Of a DNA stretch of 64,000 nt, positions 59,601 through 64,000 are shown piece after piece (position 1 is the first letter of the stretch; every line of letters starts with the position of its first letter). A program made the position numbers and the translations under genes. Location of the stretch: NCBI GenBank assembly GCA_002633005.1, contig NMRA01000630.1, positions 130,331-194,330 of the forward strand, in the 5' to 3' direction. This stretch comes from Phoronis australis. Its lineage: Eukaryota; Animalia; Phoronida. The notes beneath the pieces were generated by a model, which made no database searches, was not told the DNA's origin, and saw only the letters and a program-made list of their open reading frames with translations.

Positions 59601-60522
59601 CCTGCATTGGCTTCTAAAAGCTGATACACTAAAATGTCATACCAGTTTCAAGTGCATTCTCTCTTACATCATCATCTGCAGGTTGTTTGATTTTCCATTT
59701 TGTCTCCGGCAACGTCTCGTAGTCTTGCCAACTGTGGAGTCGAACCATTTCCATGCCGTCTCCGATGTAGCGCGGGATATAGCACTTCCGACCCTCACGT
59801 GTCAAAAGGTCCTTTACGATCTCGCTGGTGTGTATCTCATCATGCATACTCAGGAAGACGGAGACACGCTCACTTTGTTTGTAAAATGATGAGTTGAAAA
59901 GCTGCAAAAAGCATTGTGTATTGTCACCACAATCATGTCAATTGATTGTCCTGACATTGTCACTGCTACCCTCCCAAGACCATGTGAAAACTGAATAGTG
60001 TATAGATGGAAAGCACCAAACTTATTCACTGACAACCAATCTATTGTTAGAGCTGGAGTCAACTATGTCATCTGGGTCAGGCTGACTATGTCATCTGGGC
60101 CAGGCTGACTATCTCATCTGGGCAAGGCTGACTATGACAATTACGCCGGTAAACAGAAAACTGAACCAATGGGTTCAAGGTTTCAGTGTCGGTCCGAGGC
60201 TGCAACTGAAACTTGTTTGCCAATTGGCAATTGCCTCTTGCTCTCAGTTTGGATACTTGGCTCACAAGTAAGAATCTCAGTACGGGTGGACTGATTAATG
60301 CAGAACTCGATCTTGGACTCATCAGCTCTGGGTTATTGCCGCTTTAAAGAATGATTAATTGCAAACCCCTGAAGCATCAAAATGCTCAGTAGGTGGAAAA
60401 TTAAATACCTTTTTGATGACGATTTTTGATTGTCTAGATTTTTCAACATCGGACAATGAAGCAATTTTACGTTTCATTTCTTTCCGAAGTGCAGACTTCG
60501 CTGCCTTCAAGGAGGCCGCCAT
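56076..60522 (-). CDS. MTHFS: 5-formyltetrahydrofolate cyclo-ligase (methenyltetrahydrofolate synthetase), 3 exons, 200 aa
   Basis: Exons 60522-60409, 59901-59643, 56305-56076 (603 nt). [72 protein letters not shown]. Confidence 0.95.
56593..56630. repeat. (CA)n(TA)n microsatellite
   Basis: directly visible. Confidence 0.9.
56980..57333. mobile_element. palindromic (foldback) MITE, apex-deleted copy
   Basis: GGTACCTAAACTACACGGTTAAC ... GTTAACCGTCTAGTTTAGGTAC; long inverted arms. Confidence 0.8.
58241..58683. mobile_element. palindromic (foldback) MITE, full copy
   Basis: ~200-bp inverted arms around a short loop near 58444-58479. Confidence 0.85.
60063..60135. repeat. tandem repeat, 23-bp unit x 3
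   Basis: CTATGTCATCTGGG(T/C)CAGGCTGA. Confidence 0.85.
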
Positions 60523-61860
60523 TTTGAAAAGTCCCGTATAATAACAGAGTGGACCGAAAGGTGAAGGAACGGAGTCAACACTGCCGGATGGAGATATATC
60601 AGCCTTGCTGCATAGTGGTATAAATGTACCTTAAAATGGGGGTGAAGATAGCGTATATGGCGGCTAGAATTTGGCAAAAATGGATTTCACTCAATGTGGT
60701 CGTTCTTGGGCCATGGCACTTGGTGGAAAAAAATGCCGCGTGTAGCAGAGGACGTCAGTGGCCCGCCATGGCGGTTTCAGGCTCATGTGGACTGCTTCGG
60801 CTTCAGAGCGGCTCCCCCTCCGACATTTTCGAGACTTCAAACCCACAAAAACTCGTATTTTTAGGGTTGATTACTTTCATGTGGTAGGCTAAGCTTAGTT
60901 CTGACTGGAATGAGCATGGCTGGTTATGTCTGTCAGTTGCGGTTCTAGCGTGAGACAGCATCATATGAGTGGCGATTAGGCCTACAGTGTATGCTTGAAT
61001 TTTCGAAGTCGGGGTGAATTCGCAGGTGAAGTTAGCATGCCAGCCCAAAGCCATGCCAACTTTAGCCATCCCCACAAATATGTATTTGTAGCCAACTAAA
61101 ACCATTTTAACCTCGTTCAGGATGCCTCGGGGCATATAGACGTTAAGTTTTGATTGAAGTACTCCAGTCGCCGTACTAAGACAATTAAGGTTTCATATGA
61201 CATACGCAGTTGAGTGCAGGTGCCGGGGATGATGAGTAAAGCTGAGGCAGCGAGGTCCCGACCGGGACCCTGCAAAATCGCCTTATGAAGCAAAAGTTAG
61301 TAACGAAATCGTCTAAATGACTTTGTTGGAAATCCCGTCGGTGAACTAGCTGTACTTGACGGCGCATACATTGTATGTGACTGCAGACTTGGTTAAGTCA
61401 TCAAAATGATTGTAGACATTATTTTCAAGGCGTTTGAACTAAAGGATAAAACAGCAGGATTAACACACACCTTTTGTACTTCCCATGTTTTTTAAGTTTC
61501 ACAGAAATGAAATCATTTAGCTTAAAGCGGTCGCAGTTAATTGTTTTTGTTGATGAATAAAGTTTCAATATTCATATTCATTCCGTTTTACTAGAAATTG
61601 ATATTTTGTTCATTAAACCACTAGATGGCGATAAAGAATTGGGGGTTTATTATTTAAGACATAATTATGTTCAATGTAGATCATAGATTTCGCATATTGA
61701 AATGTTAAATTTTTTGGCTCTTTGCTCAAATGCTGAAATATTTGATTCGAATATTCATGGCAGTCATGGAAAATGACGTGTCATCTACTTGAGTTTTTGT
61801 GAAAACTGTTTCAACATCTGATTTGACAATGTACAAATTTAAAAAGATTTAAAGCGAAAT

Positions 61861-61985
61861 TTGCACGCTAATTCCTTAGGTCTGTGATTCGTTGTTCAAA
61901 TTAGTTATAAACACAACATATAGCGACGATGTGAATATGAAGTAGGTTGAAAATTGCCAAATGTTTTTAAGATCGAGTTTTTGTC
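61861..61985 (+). repeat. dispersed repeat fragment, other copy at 15067-15190
   Basis: direct sequence similarity. Confidence 0.8.
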
Positions 61986-62797
61986 GAGTTACAAGACTGT
62001 CCTCCGTCTGACCAAAAATTTGATTTCATGGTAGTCATAAGCCTTGCATGATTGCGTCGGAAATCGGCGTCAAATAACTACCGTCTTCAAAAGTTTACAA
62101 CGAAATCTCAACTGACGTGATTACTTTCAACGTTAAAACGACGGAAAAAGATTTTGCAAGCAACTTGCGACCAACTGATTTCAGCAAACGTACAAGTCGA
62201 TTACTGTCATATAATGCACAACTGAACAATTTATAGACACAAGTTAAGACACTAGTCGAAAGACATAAATAGGTAATTAAACGATATCTTTGGACCACTG
62301 GCTCTGAATTTCCTTTACAAATAAGTGTAAGTGAGTTTCGTACTGCCTCCAAGACTCAGAAAATACCTCCATCAAATCTATCGTGATAGCATATAATTTT
62401 TTTTTGATAATACGGTAAATTTGGGCTTACGAAACTCAGAATTCTCAGACCAATTAGCTCGGCTCAAAGACTTACCAAAACCATTCCGGCATTATCGGAC
62501 TCTCACTACCATTAAAGTGCATCTACAAAATTACGGTAATTTTGCACCGGTGACAATAGCGCAAGGCACCATCCCATTCCTAATGTGTAGTGAATTTCGC
62601 AAAAAAAACAGTTACCCATTTGCTGGATTGAAGCAATTCACTTCAGTCAAAATTTCTCTTTCATGCATGGAAATATATTCGACTAGGGTCGTTAACCCCA
62701 AAGTGCAAAAGTTTACGACGTTTCATCTTTTTGTCATTTCCTTAGTTTTCAGATTGAGCAACTTTCCTACAAAGAACCATGGAAAACGTTGGTGGAG

Positions 62798-63044
62798 GCG
62801 TAGTTACGACGCGTTAGCTCACGTAGTTACGACCGTGTTAGCTCGCGTCGATTACGACGCGTTTGCTCGCGTATTAGCTACCATGGACGCGTTAGCTCGC
62901 GTAGTACGACGCGTTAGCTCGCGTAGTTACGACTCATTACCTTGCGTAGCTACGACGAGTTAGCTCGCGTAGTAACGACGCGTTGCCGTGCTCGCGTAGT
63001 TACGACGTGTTACCTCGCGGCGTAGTTACGACGCGATAGCTCGC
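62798..63044. repeat. CpG-rich minisatellite, ~23-bp unit x ~10
   Basis: GCGTAGTTACGACGCGTTAGCTC degenerate tandem. Confidence 0.9.
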
Positions 63045-64000
63045 CCATCATCCTAAAATATGTCTTTCGAAAGTAATTTTGAGCTGATGTCTTTGCTTGT
63101 TGGCCCACGACTGTTATGAAACTGCTCCGTTTGCCGAACTCGGGAATCTTGGTTTGCCTCTCTGCGTGAACTTGGGATACACGAGGAAAGTTGACAAATT
63201 CACTCAAATAAAATTTGCACTGCACTAAATCAAATTACTTGTTAATGAAATGGCAAATAAATAAAATAAATTTTAACCAATATTTTTCAAATATTGGCGA
63301 TCTTATTCACCAATTAAACAATAATTGATTTAAACATGTTCATATTCCTCCAATTCTTTGACACAAGTTACGCTAAAGGAGTAAATGAGTGATCATGAGT
63401 GGAATAATTACAAAATTTCTTTACACTCATGAACTAAAAAATTCACGTGATTGCCCAAATGAAAATTCAATTTCAAGTTCAAGCATACGCAGTTGAGGCG
63501 GTGTCCGAGTTCATGGCGCACAGTGCTTTCAGGACTTGAAAGCTTGTAGACCATTTTCTCGCAAGACGTCGCTTTTCAACAGGGTGTCTGATTGCACTCG
63601 CAAGGTGGCACTATGTACACTTTCGTTTTTACCATCCGATTGAGCAAAGTTCACAACTCAGGGAAGGGGCGCTGAATAGAGGGCCTAAATATTGCAGCAG
63701 CGCTGTATCAATCGGTAAATTTTTGCACTTCCATGCCACAGCCACAGGTAATTTTAGAGTCATACGACGACGGTAATGCGCTAATTAACGATTGCCGATG
63801 TCTAACCCTGTGTTAGGCAATGACCATCGCCTCTGTTGGCCCGAAGCAGAGGCGATGTAGAGGCTATAGGCGCTCTGTACGCCGGAAGCTTTTCGGCGAA
63901 TTATGCCTCGCACCGACTAAACCATCAAAGTCACGTTGTTACAACTACCTTTTGCGCATAGAGGAACACCTTAGGAGGTTGTCGGTGTGTTTAATTCCTT

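Noticed and set aside
62421-62963. 180-aa ORF
   Set aside because: No recognisable domain, non-ATG start, and the C-terminal part is the CpG minisatellite

Overview
AT-rich, intron-containing animal genomic DNA from a draft assembly (one 334-N gap plus several single-N joins). It is probably a marine invertebrate such as a mollusc or other lophotrochozoan, but that is inference only. I reconstructed five protein-coding genes by hand, with splice phases consistent throughout: (1) a 10-exon LAS2/C18orf54-like gene (+, ~896 aa) with an internal PSW/PSY repeat array and a GC-AG intron; (2) an intronless METTL27/WBSCR27-like SAM methyltransferase (+); (3) a 5-exon cyclin-O-like gene (+) preceded by a long in-frame ORF cut by one TGA; (4) a 5-exon signal-peptide cyclophilin (+); (5) 3-exon MTHFS (-), tail-to-tail with the cyclophilin. 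Intergenic and intronic DNA holds several non-autonomous CA...TG DNA transposons with 5-bp TSDs, a TTAA-flanked Kolobok-like element with a frameshifted THAP finger, an Academ-like 3' remnant, a LINE fragment, palindromic MITEs, many minisatellites and two probable haplotype-duplication artefacts. No CRISPR, rRNA or intact tRNA was seen. Family assignments come from recalled motifs, not database searches.
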